A stretch of DNA of 64,000 nucleotides, taken from positions 2,272,001-2,336,000 of the forward strand of contig OZ224045.1 of the NCBI GenBank assembly GCA_963665325.3, in the 5' to 3' direction. The notes under the pieces are model-generated. The model saw nothing but the letters and a program-made list of their open reading frames with translations, made no database searches and was not told the origin of the DNA. Below are positions 1-10,463 of the stretch, one piece after another (the stretch's first letter is position 1; each line of letters begins with the position of its first letter). Made by a program: the position numbers and the translations under genes. The stretch comes from Alphaproteobacteria bacterium (GTDB taxonomy: Bacteria; Pseudomonadota; Alphaproteobacteria; Bin95).

Positions 1-730
1 TCGACTACACTGAAGCGATTGCGACTTCCGGGCGAATGAGGGCCGCCCGCTGCCGACGCAAGGAGGGGCCGAACTGAGTAGCGAAACCGGGTGCGCCCGG
101 CACGCTCAAGAGGAGAACGGATTGACGATGACCACGCCGCCGATCTGCTGGCCTGCCTGGAGGTCTTCCGTCAACAGAGTTCCGCACCAGGCCTGCAGAG
201 CCGAGGCGACAATCAGCGGATCGTTCGGGAATAAAGAAAAAATTCTTCATTGAGGCTTGACCACAGGGAAATTGTGCTAGAATGGAGCATAAGGAAGCGG
301 CGTTCGCGGAGCCGGTTCCTCCTCTTTCGCGCCGGCGCGAAAAAAACCCGAAGAAACGCACGGGAAAGGTGCGCCCTGCGTCTGCCTCGCGCGCGGGCAA
401 TCAGGCGCGCGAACCGCGCCGGCGCTAACGGGCGCCCAGGCGCACGCGATACGCGCGAAACAGGGTCCGCGCCCCGCAGCGGCGAAGCGGCGGCGCGGAG
501 GAAACCGACGAACGGAAGGAGGCGCGATGGCCCGCGAGCGATGCCGAACGCAGATGGACGAAGCGAGGGGAAAGCCGCCTCATGACGAAACATGACATTT
601 CATGACACGGCGCGCGGGCGCGCCGGATGCAGGCAGAAACGGGATGGGGCATACGGAACGGCGCTGGCGGGCAAGGCTCCCGGATATCGCATCTGGAGAT
701 CGAAGCCGGCGCATGTCAGGCTCTACAGCC

Positions 731-1543
731 ATGACCTTCGTATCCAACGCCCGCATGTATGCCGTCAGCGCCGCGGCCGAGGCGGAGTGGAAGGACCTGA
801 TCGCCCATGTGGCGGAGGACGCCGGGGCGTCTTTCGATTACCTGGCCTACAAGGCGCCGCAGCCTCTCGAAGACCTGTGGCGCCGTCCCGATCTCGGCTG
901 CGTGCAGATGTGCGGCTACCCCATCGCGCTCGGCGTCGCCGAGGTCGTGCCGCTGGCGTCGCCCGTGCCCGCCGCGCCCTGGGCCGCGGGAAGGGCGGTT
1001 TACCGGAGCGACCTGATCGTTCGGAAGGATGCGCCTTACGAGGCTCTCGCCGACACGTTCGGCGGCGCGGTCGGCTGGACCGTCGAGCACTCGCATTCGG
1101 GCTTCAATGCGCTGCGCCATCATCTCCTGCCCTGGCGGGGCGAGGGCCGGACGCAGCTTTACCGGAACTCCGTCGGCCATCTCGTCACGGCGCGGCGCAT
1201 TCTCGACAGCGTGCTGGACGGCAGCATCGATATCGGGCCGCTGGACGCCTACTGGCACATGCTGATGCGGAAACACGAACCTGCACTCGCGGAGGGCGTC
1301 CGCATTCTGGTCTCGACCGCGACCGCGCCGATGCCGGCCTTCGTCGCCGCGCCGGCCTTGCCGGAGGAAACCGTCCGCCGCCTGCGCGAAGCCTTTGCGG
1401 CGGCGCATACGCGGTCCTGGTTCGAGCGGTTCCGCGACACGCTGCTCATCGAGGGATTCGAGATGGTCTCGCGGGAGACGTTCGCTCCGACCCTGGAATG
1501 GGACCGGGCAGCCCGCGCCGCGGGCTATGCCGTGCCGGCGTGA
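731..1543 (+). CDS. PhnD/SsuA-like phosphate/phosphonate-type substrate-binding protein
   Basis: Motifs QMCGYP, YRSDLIVR, HSHSGFNALR and GHLVTARRILDSVLDGSIDIGPLDAY are typical of the PhnD-like family. Start taken at ATG 731 (alternative 713). Confidence 0.7.
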   Translation: MTFVSNARMYAVSAAAEAEWKDLIAHVAEDAGASFDYLAYKAPQPLEDLWRRPDLGCVQMCGYPIALGVAEVVPLASPVPAAPWAAGRAVYRSDLIVRKDAPYEALADTFGGAVGWTVEHSHSGFNALRHHLLPWRGEGRTQLYRNSVGHLVTARRILDSVLDGSIDIGPLDAYWHMLMRKHEPALAEGVRILVSTATAPMPAFVAAPALPEETVRRLREAFAAAHTRSWFERFRDTLLIEGFEMVSRETFAPTLEWDRAARAAGYAVPA

Positions 1544-3216
1544 TGGCTGAAACCGGCGTGAGCTACGATTTCGATCTCGGGCCCTGGAAGCGCAGGGTTT
1601 CGACGAAGTCGGACGCGGCCCAACGCTGGTTCGACCGCGGGCTGAACTGGAACTTCGCCTTCAACCACGATGAGGCGGTCGCCTGCTACAGGCGGGCGGC
1701 GGAGGCGGACCCTTCCTGCGCCATGGCCCGGTGGGGGATCGCCAATGCGTCGGGCCCCTTCTACAACCGGGCGTGGATCCGCTACTCGGACGCTGAAATC
1801 GCCGAGGTGCTGCCGGCCTGCCATGAGGCGGTCGAAGTCGCGCTGGCGCTTGCCGGGGGCGCGGCGCCGGCCGAACGGACGCTCATCCAGGCCCTGGCGA
1901 GGCGCTACCGGAACGGCCACGAGAGGGACCGTGAGGTCCTGGACGCCTGGCACCGGGACTATGCCGATGCGATGCGCGAAGCCTGCCGGGCGCATCCGGA
2001 CGACCCGGACATCGCCGCCCTCTATGTCGAGGCCGCGATCACCTGCACGCCGCGCAGGCTCTGGAACCTGAAGACCGGGGACCCCGACCCCGACGCGCGC
2101 ACGATGGAGGCGATGCCGGTGCTGGAACGCTGGATGGACCGGATCGGGCAGGGCGGCCCGGTGCATCCGGGCATTCCGCACATGTATATCCACACCTTGG
2201 AAATGTCGCCGTTTCCGCAGCGCGCCTTGAAGGCCGCCGACATGTTGCGCGGTTACGCCCCTGATGCGGGCCACATGGAGCACATGCCGGCGCATATCTA
2301 TGTGCTCTGCGGTGACTATGCGCAGTCCGTCTCGCAAAGCGAACGCGCGGTCTCTGCCGACGACAAATATCTGGAATATGCCGGTGACGGGAACTTCTAC
2401 ACCACCGCCCGTTGCCACGACCTTCACCTGTTCATGTATGCGGCCATGTTCCTCGGCCAATACGGCAGGGCCTGCCACGCGGCGGAGCGGATTCGCAGGG
2501 TGGCGAGGCCCGCGCTGATTGCCCGGAGCGCGCCCTTCATGGCGTCCATCCTGGACGGCTATGCCGGCATGTGCATGCATGTCGCGGTGCGCTTCGGCCG
2601 CTGGCGCGAGCTTGCCGATGCGAGCGGCCCGGACGACGCGTCGCTGCGTCCCATCGGCACTGCCATGCATGCCTACGGGCAGGGCGTGGCGCACGCCGCG
2701 CTCGGCAATATCGACGAGGCGGAGGCGGCCAGATTGGCGTTCGCCAAGGCGGCGGCGGCCATTCCCGAGGATGCGATCTTCCTCAGCAACACGGTCCGCG
2801 ACATGCTCCGCGTGGGCGAGGCCATGCTGGAGGGCGAGCTGGAATACCGGAAGGGGAACCATGACCGCGCCTTCGCCGGCCTGCGGCTGGCGGTCGCGCG
2901 CGACGACGCGCTCAACTACACCGAGCCCTGGGCCTGGATGCATCCGCCGCGCCATGCGCTCGGCGCGCTGCTGGCCGAGCAGGGCCTGTTCCGGGAAGCC
3001 GAGGAGGTGTTCCGCGAAGACCTCGGCTACGGCGGGGACCTGCCGCGCTGCTGCCAGCATCCCGACAATGTCTGGGCGCTGCAGGGACTTGCCGAATGCG
3101 TGGAGCAGGCCGGCGATGCCAACGAACTCCGGCTGCTGCGCCAGAGGCTGGATTTCGCGAAGGCGCGCGCCGACATCCCGATAGAAAGCGCCTGCTTCTG
3201 CCGCGCTGCTGCGTAG
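1543..3216 (+). CDS. Tetratricopeptide-repeat protein
   Basis: 3' part of ORF 592..3216. ATG 1543 overlaps the upstream TGA. Motifs AQRWFDRGL..FAFNHDEA, HMPAHIY, YTEPWAWMHPPRHALGALL and HPDNVWAL match a conserved TPR family. Confidence 0.75.
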   Translation: MAETGVSYDFDLGPWKRRVSTKSDAAQRWFDRGLNWNFAFNHDEAVACYRRAAEADPSCAMARWGIANASGPFYNRAWIRYSDAEIAEVLPACHEAVEVALALAGGAAPAERTLIQALARRYRNGHERDREVLDAWHRDYADAMREACRAHPDDPDIAALYVEAAITCTPRRLWNLKTGDPDPDARTMEAMPVLERWMDRIGQGGPVHPGIPHMYIHTLEMSPFPQRALKAADMLRGYAPDAGHMEHMPAHIYVLCGDYAQSVSQSERAVSADDKYLEYAGDGNFYTTARCHDLHLFMYAAMFLGQYGRACHAAERIRRVARPALIARSAPFMASILDGYAGMCMHVAVRFGRWRELADASGPDDASLRPIGTAMHAYGQGVAHAALGNIDEAEAARLAFAKAAAAIPEDAIFLSNTVRDMLRVGEAMLEGELEYRKGNHDRAFAGLRLAVARDDALNYTEPWAWMHPPRHALGALLAEQGLFREAEEVFREDLGYGGDLPRCCQHPDNVWALQGLAECVEQAGDANELRLLRQRLDFAKARADIPIESACFCRAAA

Positions 3217-3222
3217 CGCGAA

Positions 3223-3933
3223 TCAGACTTCCAGGCCGAAGAGCTCCGTCACCTCCGCCGCCATCGCCTCCACCATCGCCGCAAGCGCGGCCTCGCCCTT
3301 CCGGGCCGTCGCACGGGTGGGGCGGCCGACGGTGCCGGAGCGGCTGTAGGCGGCGAGGCCTCTGACGGCGAGCAGGGGGCGTTCGGCGAGTTCGTCGGCG
3401 GCCTCTTCCATGCGGACAAGCTGCGGGCAGCAGTGGAGCAGGACGGAGGTCTCGTATTCGCCGGCATGCATGTCGTCATGCACGCTCGTCTTGATGCCGG
3501 CGGCGGCGAAGGCGGCCTCCTGGATATGCCGGCCGGGGCCGAGCCAGACGCGCGGCGCTTCCAGATTGGCTTCGCGCGCCAGATGCGCCAGCACCAGGTT
3601 GCCGCCATGCGCGTTGACGATGGCGAGCCGCTCGATGCCGGCATGCGCGAGGCTCGCGCGGATGTCCGCGATAACGGCCGCCAGCGTGTCCGCCGCCAGC
3701 CAGACCGTGCCGGGAAAGCCCGCATGCTCCTGCGAGCAGGAAACGGGCAGCACCGGCAGCAGCAGCCCGCCGACCCTCTCGGCCAGCCCGGCGGCGAGCG
3801 CGCCCGCGATCAGGCTGTCGGTCGCGAGCGGTAGGTGGGGCCCATGCTGCTCGAACGCTCCCACCGGCAGCACGGCGAGCGCCGGCTCGCCGACATCGGC
3901 GGCGGTGCGGGCGAGGAAGGCTTCCGGTAGCAT
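3223..3933 (-). CDS. Creatininase / creatinine amidohydrolase family protein
   Basis: Metal-binding motifs LPVGAFEQHGPHLPLATD, SQEHAGFPGT, NAHGGN and DMHAGEYETS. Start at 3933 or 3942. Confidence 0.85.
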   Translation of the reverse strand: MLPEAFLARTAADVGEPALAVLPVGAFEQHGPHLPLATDSLIAGALAAGLAERVGGLLLPVLPVSCSQEHAGFPGTVWLAADTLAAVIADIRASLAHAGIERLAIVNAHGGNLVLAHLAREANLEAPRVWLGPGRHIQEAAFAAAGIKTSVHDDMHAGEYETSVLLHCCPQLVRMEEAADELAERPLLAVRGLAAYSRSGTVGRPTRATARKGEAALAAMVEAMAAEVTELFGLEV

Positions 3934-3963
3934 GGCCGCCATCCTATCAGGAGGCGGCAAGCG

Positions 3964-4911
3964 ATGCTTCTGCCGACATCCACGCTCTTCGAAAGCGGCC
4001 CGCTCGATCTCGAGCGCGGCGGGCGGCTGGAGCGGCTCGCCGTCGCCTATGAGAGTTGGGGGCGCCTCGACGCGGACGGCGGCAACGCCATCCTGGTCGC
4101 CCACGGCTACACCTCGAACCCGCATGCCGCCGGCCCCGGCGGCTGGTGGGAGCCGCTGATCGGGCCGGGCCGGGCGATCGATACTGATCGCTGGTTCGTC
4201 GTCTGCTCGAACATGATCGGCTCCGCTTACGGCAGCAGCGGCCCGGTGCGCGGCCAGCCGTTCCCGGATATCGAGACGGGCGACATGGTGGCGGCCCAGC
4301 ACCGCCTGCTGGAGCATCTGGGCGTGGGACAGTTGGCGGCGGTGGTCGGCTTTTCCTATGGCGGCCACCTCACCTTCGAATGGGGCAGCCGGCACCCGGA
4401 GCGGATGCGCGCGCTTGTGCCGGTCGCGACGGGCATTGCGAGCCGCATGGGAGAGGAGCGCGCGCTGGCGCTGGAGGCGCGCTTCGCCGGCCTCGACGAT
4501 CCGACGGAGGAGCTGGAACGGCTACGGTTCGAGACGCTGGAACGATACGGGGATCTCGACTGGTTCTCCGACCGGCTCGGCTCCCGCGAGGCGGGCCGGC
4601 GGGAGGTGGAGGCGCTGGCGCGGAAATGGGCGCGGGAGTTCACGCCGGAATCGCTGATCGTGCTGGCGCGCGCGGCCGCCCGCTTCGATGCGCGCCCGCG
4701 CGCCGGCGCCATTCGTGCGCCGCTGCTCTATGTGCTTTCGCGCAGCGACGTGCTGTTCACACCGGCGCTGGCCGAGCCCACGCTGGCCCTGCTGGGGCCG
4801 TCGGCCTCATATTTCGAGATCGACAGCCCCTACGGCCATCGCGCCCCGAGCCATGACTGGGCGAGGTGGGCGACGCCGCTGGCGGAATTCCTGGCGGCTC
4901 ATGCGGGCTGA
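3964..4911 (+). CDS. Homoserine O-acetyltransferase (MetX)-like alpha/beta hydrolase
   Basis: AYESWGRL, NAILVAHG, GWWEPLIGPGRAIDTDRWFVVCSNMIGS, nucleophile GFSYGG and SPYGH. Confidence 0.8.
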   Translation: MLLPTSTLFESGPLDLERGGRLERLAVAYESWGRLDADGGNAILVAHGYTSNPHAAGPGGWWEPLIGPGRAIDTDRWFVVCSNMIGSAYGSSGPVRGQPFPDIETGDMVAAQHRLLEHLGVGQLAAVVGFSYGGHLTFEWGSRHPERMRALVPVATGIASRMGEERALALEARFAGLDDPTEELERLRFETLERYGDLDWFSDRLGSREAGRREVEALARKWAREFTPESLIVLARAAARFDARPRAGAIRAPLLYVLSRSDVLFTPALAEPTLALLGPSASYFEIDSPYGHRAPSHDWARWATPLAEFLAAHAG

Positions 4912-4917
4912 GAGTGC

Positions 4918-5682
4918 GTGGCGGACATGAAACCCGACTACGAACGCATTGCCGGGGACTACCGCAAGGCCCGGCCGCAATATCCGGAGCGGCTGGTCGC
5001 CATGATCGCGGACTGGGCGCCCGCCGGGCCGATCGAGGCGCTGGATGTAGGCGCCGGCACCGGCATCGGCACGCGCGCACTGGCCGGCGTTCTGGGTCCC
5101 CGCGCCTCCATTCTGGCCATCGAGCCGAGCCCGGCCATGCGGCGGGAGGCGGAGGCTGCACAGGGAATAAGCTGGCGCGACGGCAATGCCGAGGCGCTGC
5201 CTTCGGCCGACGGGACGGTCGATCTCGTGTTCTCGGCGCAGGCGCTCCACTGGTTCGACCGGCCGGCCTTCTGGCGGGAATGCGGGCGGGTGCTGAAGCC
5301 CGGCGGCGCCACCGCCATCCTCTACAACAACCGAGACTACCGGCGGGACGCCTTCGCCGCCGGATACGAAGTGCTGCTCGAACGCTACAGTCAGGGCTAC
5401 CGGCGGGATTACCGCGAATTCGACATCCGGGGCGAACTCGGCGCGCTCGGCTGGACTGCCCGCACGCATGAGGAAAGCGAGGCCTGGCGGCGGCCCATGC
5501 GCCCGGAGGCCTTCATGGCGATGTCCCGCTCGTCGTCGCGGGCGCAGGCCGCGCGGGAGGCCGCCGGCGCCGAGACCTTCGACCGCGAGGTCGAGGCGCT
5601 GGTGGACCGGCACGCGGACGCAAACGGCTTTGTCGAGATCGTCTATCGCTGCGTGCTGACGCTTGCCGCAAAGCGGCCCTGA
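4918..5682 (+). CDS. Class I SAM-dependent methyltransferase
   Basis: Motif I LDVGAGTG, AEALP and AQALHWFD. Alternative start ATG 4927. Confidence 0.85.
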   Translation: MADMKPDYERIAGDYRKARPQYPERLVAMIADWAPAGPIEALDVGAGTGIGTRALAGVLGPRASILAIEPSPAMRREAEAAQGISWRDGNAEALPSADGTVDLVFSAQALHWFDRPAFWRECGRVLKPGGATAILYNNRDYRRDAFAAGYEVLLERYSQGYRRDYREFDIRGELGALGWTARTHEESEAWRRPMRPEAFMAMSRSSSRAQAAREAAGAETFDREVEALVDRHADANGFVEIVYRCVLTLAAKRP

Positions 5683-6530
5683 TCGATGCCGCGCAGGAAC
5701 TCGTCCAGCGCGGCGACACATTCGGGCTCGGTCAGGGTGGGGGCGTGGCCCGTGCGCGGCACGGTCACAAAACGCGCTTCGGGATATTCCCGGCCCATCC
5801 GCAGGAAGCACGCCTCGGGAAACACATCCGAGGCCTCGCCCCGGAACGCGAGCAGAGGGATCGGGCGCAGTCCGCGGAAATAGGGCCAGAGGTCCGGGGG
5901 CTCGGCCCGGTCTTCGGTAATCGGCCTGACGATATTCACGTCCCAGTCGAAGTGGAGCCGTCCGTCCGCGCCCTCCCGATAGGTATTGCTGACCATGGCC
6001 TCGAACATCGCCTCGGTCTGGAATACGGCGCCGGGCGGGTGCGTGCGGACCGCCTCCGCCGCGCTCTCCCAGTTGGGCTGCGGGCGGTCGGCGCCGATAT
6101 AGTCGAGCACGGCGTCCAGCCTCTCCCGCTCGACCTCCGGGCCTGCGTCGTTGAGCACCAGGCCCGCAAGACCAAACGGCATGAACGGCCCGAGCGCCAT
6201 CGCCAGCAAGCCGCCGAAGGAGGTCCCGACGGCGACGAACCGATGGACGTTGGCGAAGGCCAGCAGACGGGACAGGTCGTCGAGATAGATAGCAGGCCGG
6301 TAGTTGCGCCACTCGGCATCGTAGTCCGACCGTCCCCGCCCGCGCAGGTCCGGGCACAAAACCCGCCGCTCTTCCGCGAGTCTCTGCGCGACCGGATCGA
6401 AGTCGCGGGCGTTTCGGAACAGCCCGGCAAGGCAGAGCACGGGCGTTGCGACCGAGTCCGGGTCGCCATAGTCGCGGAAATAGAGGCTGAGACCGTCCTT
6501 GCTGTCGAAGCGGCGCTCCCGATACGCCAT
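5643..6530 (-). CDS. Alpha/beta fold hydrolase
   Basis: DGLSLYFRDYG, PDLRGRGRSD, nucleophile GTSFGG and GHAP. Confidence 0.85.
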   Translation of the reverse strand: MAYRERRFDSKDGLSLYFRDYGDPDSVATPVLCLAGLFRNARDFDPVAQRLAEERRVLCPDLRGRGRSDYDAEWRNYRPAIYLDDLSRLLAFANVHRFVAVGTSFGGLLAMALGPFMPFGLAGLVLNDAGPEVERERLDAVLDYIGADRPQPNWESAAEAVRTHPPGAVFQTEAMFEAMVSNTYREGADGRLHFDWDVNIVRPITEDRAEPPDLWPYFRGLRPIPLLAFRGEASDVFPEACFLRMGREYPEARFVTVPRTGHAPTLTEPECVAALDEFLRGIDQGRFAASVSTQR

Positions 6531-6536
6531 CGGCGC

Positions 6537-7124
6537 CTACAGCACCGTCACCGTCCAGCCGGCGGCCGTGCGGTCGAAGCGGAGTGGCAGGGCGTTGGGC
6601 GCGAACTCGTCGCGGAATGCGACGCCGAGGGCGGCCATGATGACACGCAGATTGCCGCCATGCGCCACGATGCAGGGAATGCCTGCGCCTTGCAGGGCAG
6701 TGGCGGCGGCGGATTTGGTGCGCGCCACGAAATCCGGCAGGGTCTCGCCGCCGGCCGGCTGCGCGCGCCAGTCGAGCTGCAGCGCACTCTGGCCGACGAG
6801 CTCGCCGAACAGCCGTTCCCCGAGCCGGGGCGTGGCGTTCATCGGCACGGCCAGTCGGCGGGTAACGGCCTGCGCGGTCTCGTAGGCGCGCGGATAACTG
6901 CTGGCCTCGATGCGCGTAATGTCTCCGGCGTCTGCCAGCCTCTCCGCGGCCCGCTCAGCCTGCGCTCGACCGGCGTGGTTCAGCGGTATGACCGGGCTTT
7001 GCACGATGAATGTGGCGTTGCCGGCAGTCTCACCGTGGCGAAGGAAGTAGAACCGCCGCGCCCCGGGCCGAAGCGCCGGCGGCGCGGCGGAAAGAGCTAT
7101 CAGCTCTTCGCCGCCCCTTATCAT
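6537..7124 (-). CDS. Histidine phosphatase (phosphoglycerate mutase-like) family protein
   Basis: LRHGET, RAYETA, L.ER.FG and VAHGG. Start uncertain. Confidence 0.8.
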   Translation of the reverse strand: MIRGGEELIALSAAPPALRPGARRFYFLRHGETAGNATFIVQSPVIPLNHAGRAQAERAAERLADAGDITRIEASSYPRAYETAQAVTRRLAVPMNATPRLGERLFGELVGQSALQLDWRAQPAGGETLPDFVARTKSAAATALQGAGIPCIVAHGGNLRVIMAALGVAFRDEFAPNALPLRFDRTAAGWTVTVL

Positions 7125-7134
7125 CGCAGCCGCA

Positions 7135-8343
7135 TCAAAGCGCGCCGGCCTGCTTGAGGTCCGCCACCTCCGAGGGCGGCATGTCGAGCAGCTCGCCCAG
7201 CACCGCCTCGTTGTGCTCGCCGAGCAGCGGCGCCCGCGCCACGTCCATTGCCTCGCCGCCGAAGCGTACCGGCCAGGCCGGCACCACCACCGCGCCCCGG
7301 TCCGGATGCTCGACGGTCTGCATGATGCCTCGCCGGTGCATGTCCTCGCTGGAGATCAGGTCCTTGATGTCGAACACCGCGCCTGCGGGCACGCCCGCGC
7401 CGCCAATGGCCTCCATCACCTCCTGCTTGGTGCGCAGGCGTGTCCAGGCGGCGAGATTTTCCTCGATCTCGGCCTTGTGCTCGATGCGCTTTTGCCCGTC
7501 GCAGAAGCGTGGGTCCGCCAGCATGTCTTCGCGCCCGATGGCCTTGCAGACGCGCTCCCAATGGGCGGTCAGGTCGCGGGCGACGAAGATGAAGCAATAG
7601 TCGTTCGGCCCGCCGCCCTTGCAAGGAAACAGCCCGCCCGGCGCGCCCGAAGCCACGGAATTGCCAAGGCGCGGCGCCGGTTCCTGCATCATCGGCTGGC
7701 GCGAGAAGGTAACGCGGCAATAGTTCGTCATCGCGTCCTGCATCGCGACCTGGAGATGCTGGCCGTGACCCGTGCGCTCGCGCTGGAAGAGCGCGGAGAG
7801 GATCGAGACGCACATGTGCAGGCCCGTGCCCGTGTCGCCGATGGTGGCGCCGGGGCGGATTGGTACGCCGTCCGGCATGCCCGTGATGCTCATCACGCCG
7901 CCGGTGGCCTGGGCGATCATGTCGAAGGAGAGGTATTTGGCGTAGGGGCCGTCGGTGGCGAAGCCCTTGACCTGCGCGAAGACGAGGCGCGGATTGAGTT
8001 TCTGTAGTTCGTCCCAGCCGAAGCCCAGCCGCTCGATGGCGCCGGGCGCGAAATTCTCGATCAGCACATCCGCCTTGGCGATCAGGCGGCGCAGCAGTTC
8101 CTTGCCGCTCTCCTCCTTGAGGTTGCAGGTGATCGAGCGCTTGTTACAGTTGAGCAGGATGAAATAGAGCGAATCCATGTCCGGCCGCTCGGAAATGGCG
8201 AGCCGACCCTGGTCGCCGCGCCGGGGCTCCTCGACCTTGATGACATTGGCGCCGTGCCAAGCCAGCGCCTCCGTGCAGGACGGCCCGGCTTCGAATTGGG
8301 TCAGGTCGAGAACGGTAATGCCCGACAGCGGCGCATCGCCCAT
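7135..8343 (-). CDS. CaiB/BaiF class III CoA-transferase (formyl-CoA transferase-like)
   Basis: LSGITVLDLTQFEAGPSCT, LNCNKRSIT, ADVLIENFAPG and IGDTGTG. GGAGG RBS precedes ATG 8343. Confidence 0.88.
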   Translation of the reverse strand: MGDAPLSGITVLDLTQFEAGPSCTEALAWHGANVIKVEEPRRGDQGRLAISERPDMDSLYFILLNCNKRSITCNLKEESGKELLRRLIAKADVLIENFAPGAIERLGFGWDELQKLNPRLVFAQVKGFATDGPYAKYLSFDMIAQATGGVMSITGMPDGVPIRPGATIGDTGTGLHMCVSILSALFQRERTGHGQHLQVAMQDAMTNYCRVTFSRQPMMQEPAPRLGNSVASGAPGGLFPCKGGGPNDYCFIFVARDLTAHWERVCKAIGREDMLADPRFCDGQKRIEHKAEIEENLAAWTRLRTKQEVMEAIGGAGVPAGAVFDIKDLISSEDMHRRGIMQTVEHPDRGAVVVPAWPVRFGGEAMDVARAPLLGEHNEAVLGELLDMPPSEVADLKQAGAL

Positions 8344-8370
8344 CTGTTTCCTCCTTGCTATGCTTGCCGG

Positions 8371-9711
8371 ATGATACATCAAGCCATTCGGAATGTTCTA
8401 CTGACCGGGCTCGACCCGGTCTTCCCGACGCCCTACCGCATCGGCGAAGCAGGCGCTGTCGCCATTGCTGCCTCCGCGCAGGCCGCCGCCGATTTCTGGG
8501 AGCTGCGCACGGGTGAGCGCCAGTCGGTGACGGTGGACCGCCGCCATGCGGCCGCGGCCATGCGCTCCGCCACCTATCTGAAGATAGACGGCGTTGCGCC
8601 ATCCTCGCTGTGGGACCCATTCTCGGGCCTTTACCCGACCGGCGACGGGCGCCATGTCTTCCTGCATTGCAACTTCCCCCACCACCGCAACGGCATGCTG
8701 GCGCTGCTCGGCGCGAAGGCGGAAAAGGAGGCGTTCGCGGAAGCGGTCGCGGCGCGCGGCGGGCAGGAGTTCGAGGACGCCATCGCCGCCGCCGGCCTCT
8801 GCGGCGCGATGACGCGCACGCCCGAGGAATGGGCCGCTCACCCGCACGGCCGGGCGCTTGCGGCGCTGCCGCCGGTCACGATCGAACGGATCGGCGACGG
8901 TCCGAAGATCGTGCCGCGCGGCGGCGACCGGCCGCTCGCGGGCATTCGCGTGCTGGACCTGACGCGTGTGCTGGCCGGGCCGACCTGCGGGCGCACGCTC
9001 GCCGAGCACGGCGCCGATGTAATGCGCATTGCCGGGGCCCATCTGCCTTTCGCGCCCACGCTCGTGATGGACACGGGCCACGGCAAGCTCTCCGCCTTCG
9101 TCGATCTGCGCGACGAGCGCGGCCGGGCGCAGCTTCGCACACTTGCTGCCGAGGCCGACGTGTTCGTGCAGGGCTACCGGCCGGGCACGCTCGCCGCGCG
9201 CGGCTTCGGCCCCGGCGATATCGGCCCCGGCAAGGTCTACGTCTCGCTGTCGGCCTACGGCCATGAAGGGCCGTTCGCCTCGCGCCGGGGGTTCGACAGC
9301 ATCCTGCAGAACGTCTCCGGCATGTCCACGGTGCAGGGTAGCCCGGAGGCCCCGCGCAACCTTCCCGTGCAGCCGCTGGACTATTGCGCCGGCTACCTGG
9401 CCGCATGGGGCGTCGCGACGGCCCTGCTGCGCCGTGCGGAAGAGGGCGGAAGCTGGCATGTGCAGCTCTCGCTCGCCGGCATGGCGGAATGGATCAAGGG
9501 CATGGGGCTCGTCGTAGGCTGGCAGGATGCGCCGGCGGACCTGGCGCCGGAGGAACTCGCGGCGATCGCGATGGAGAGCGACACCCCGCACGGCCGCCTG
9601 ACGCATCTGGCGCCGGTCGCGCAGATGTCCCGCACGCGGCCTTACTGGGCGCGGCCTTCCGTGCCGCTCGGCTCCAACGATCCCGTTTGGCCGGAGACGC
9701 TCGCCGCATGA
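8371..9711 (+). CDS. CaiB/BaiF CoA-transferase family protein (extended N-terminus)
   Basis: PLAGIRVLDLTRVLAGPTCGRTLAEHGADV, DTGHGK, QGYRPG and RRGFDS. Start ATG 8371. Confidence 0.85.
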   Translation: MIHQAIRNVLLTGLDPVFPTPYRIGEAGAVAIAASAQAAADFWELRTGERQSVTVDRRHAAAAMRSATYLKIDGVAPSSLWDPFSGLYPTGDGRHVFLHCNFPHHRNGMLALLGAKAEKEAFAEAVAARGGQEFEDAIAAAGLCGAMTRTPEEWAAHPHGRALAALPPVTIERIGDGPKIVPRGGDRPLAGIRVLDLTRVLAGPTCGRTLAEHGADVMRIAGAHLPFAPTLVMDTGHGKLSAFVDLRDERGRAQLRTLAAEADVFVQGYRPGTLAARGFGPGDIGPGKVYVSLSAYGHEGPFASRRGFDSILQNVSGMSTVQGSPEAPRNLPVQPLDYCAGYLAAWGVATALLRRAEEGGSWHVQLSLAGMAEWIKGMGLVVGWQDAPADLAPEELAAIAMESDTPHGRLTHLAPVAQMSRTRPYWARPSVPLGSNDPVWPETLAA

Positions 9712-10463
9712 GCCGCCTTTGCCGCGGCCCCGGCGCCGCGATCCACTATGAGACGCACGGGCACGGGCCAGCCGTGCTGCTGACCCACGGCTTCGGGCTG
9801 ACCGCGCGCATGTGGACAGGCCAGGTCGAGGCGCTTGCGGCTTCCAACCGGCTCATCCTCTGGGACCTGCGCGGGCACGGCCGCAGCGACTCGCCTGAGG
9901 ACAACGGCCTGTACGACCCCGAAGCCTGTGTCGCCGACATGCTGGCGCTTTTCGATGCAGAGGGAGTTGAGCAGGCGGTCGTTGGCGGCCTCTCGCTCGG
10001 CGGCTATCTCTCGCTGGCCTTCCACCTCCGCCACCCCGAGCGGGTGCGCGCGCTGATGCTGTTCGACTGCGGCCCTGGCTTCCGCCGCGACGAGCCGCGC
10101 GACGCTTGGAACGAGCGGGCGAAGGAGCGAGGCGAGCGGATCGCCGCCCGGGAACCGCGCGCCTTGCAGAGCCTTGAGCCGGACGGTCACCGCGACCTCG
10201 CCGGCGTCGCCCGCGCGGCTCGATACATGATGCACCACCATGACGGCAGCGTGCTGGAATCGCTGCCGTCGATCCGGGTGCCGGCCCTGGTGCTGGCCGG
10301 TGAGCGCGATATCCCCTTCCTGGCCGGCATCGACTACATGGCGCGCAAGATCCCGGACGCCCGGAAGGTTGTGCTCCCCGACGCCGGCCACATTACCAAT
10401 CTCGACAATCCCGCGGCATTCAACGCCGCAGTTTCCGGATTCCTCGCCCGACTGCCTGCATGA
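9708..10463 (+). CDS. Alpha/beta fold hydrolase
   Basis: THGFG, WDLRGHGRS, GLSLGG and DAGH. ATGA overlap with the upstream gene. Confidence 0.85.
   Translation: MSRLCRGPGAAIHYETHGHGPAVLLTHGFGLTARMWTGQVEALAASNRLILWDLRGHGRSDSPEDNGLYDPEACVADMLALFDAEGVEQAVVGGLSLGGYLSLAFHLRHPERVRALMLFDCGPGFRRDEPRDAWNERAKERGERIAAREPRALQSLEPDGHRDLAGVARAARYMMHHHDGSVLESLPSIRVPALVLAGERDIPFLAGIDYMARKIPDARKVVLPDAGHITNLDNPAAFNAAVSGFLARLPA

Noticed and set aside
1-700. ORFs or a structured RNA at the window start
   Set aside because: The ORFs are low-complexity with no motifs, and I could not recognise a tRNA, rRNA or riboswitch.
592-1542. 874-aa ORF 592..3216 as a single protein
   Set aside because: The first 317 codons are Arg-rich shadow of the PhnD-like gene in another frame. 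The real gene starts at the coupled ATG 1543.
3223-3933. Mycofactocin (MftE) pathway
   Set aside because: Creatininase fold only; no mftA/B/C or radical SAM gene is nearby.
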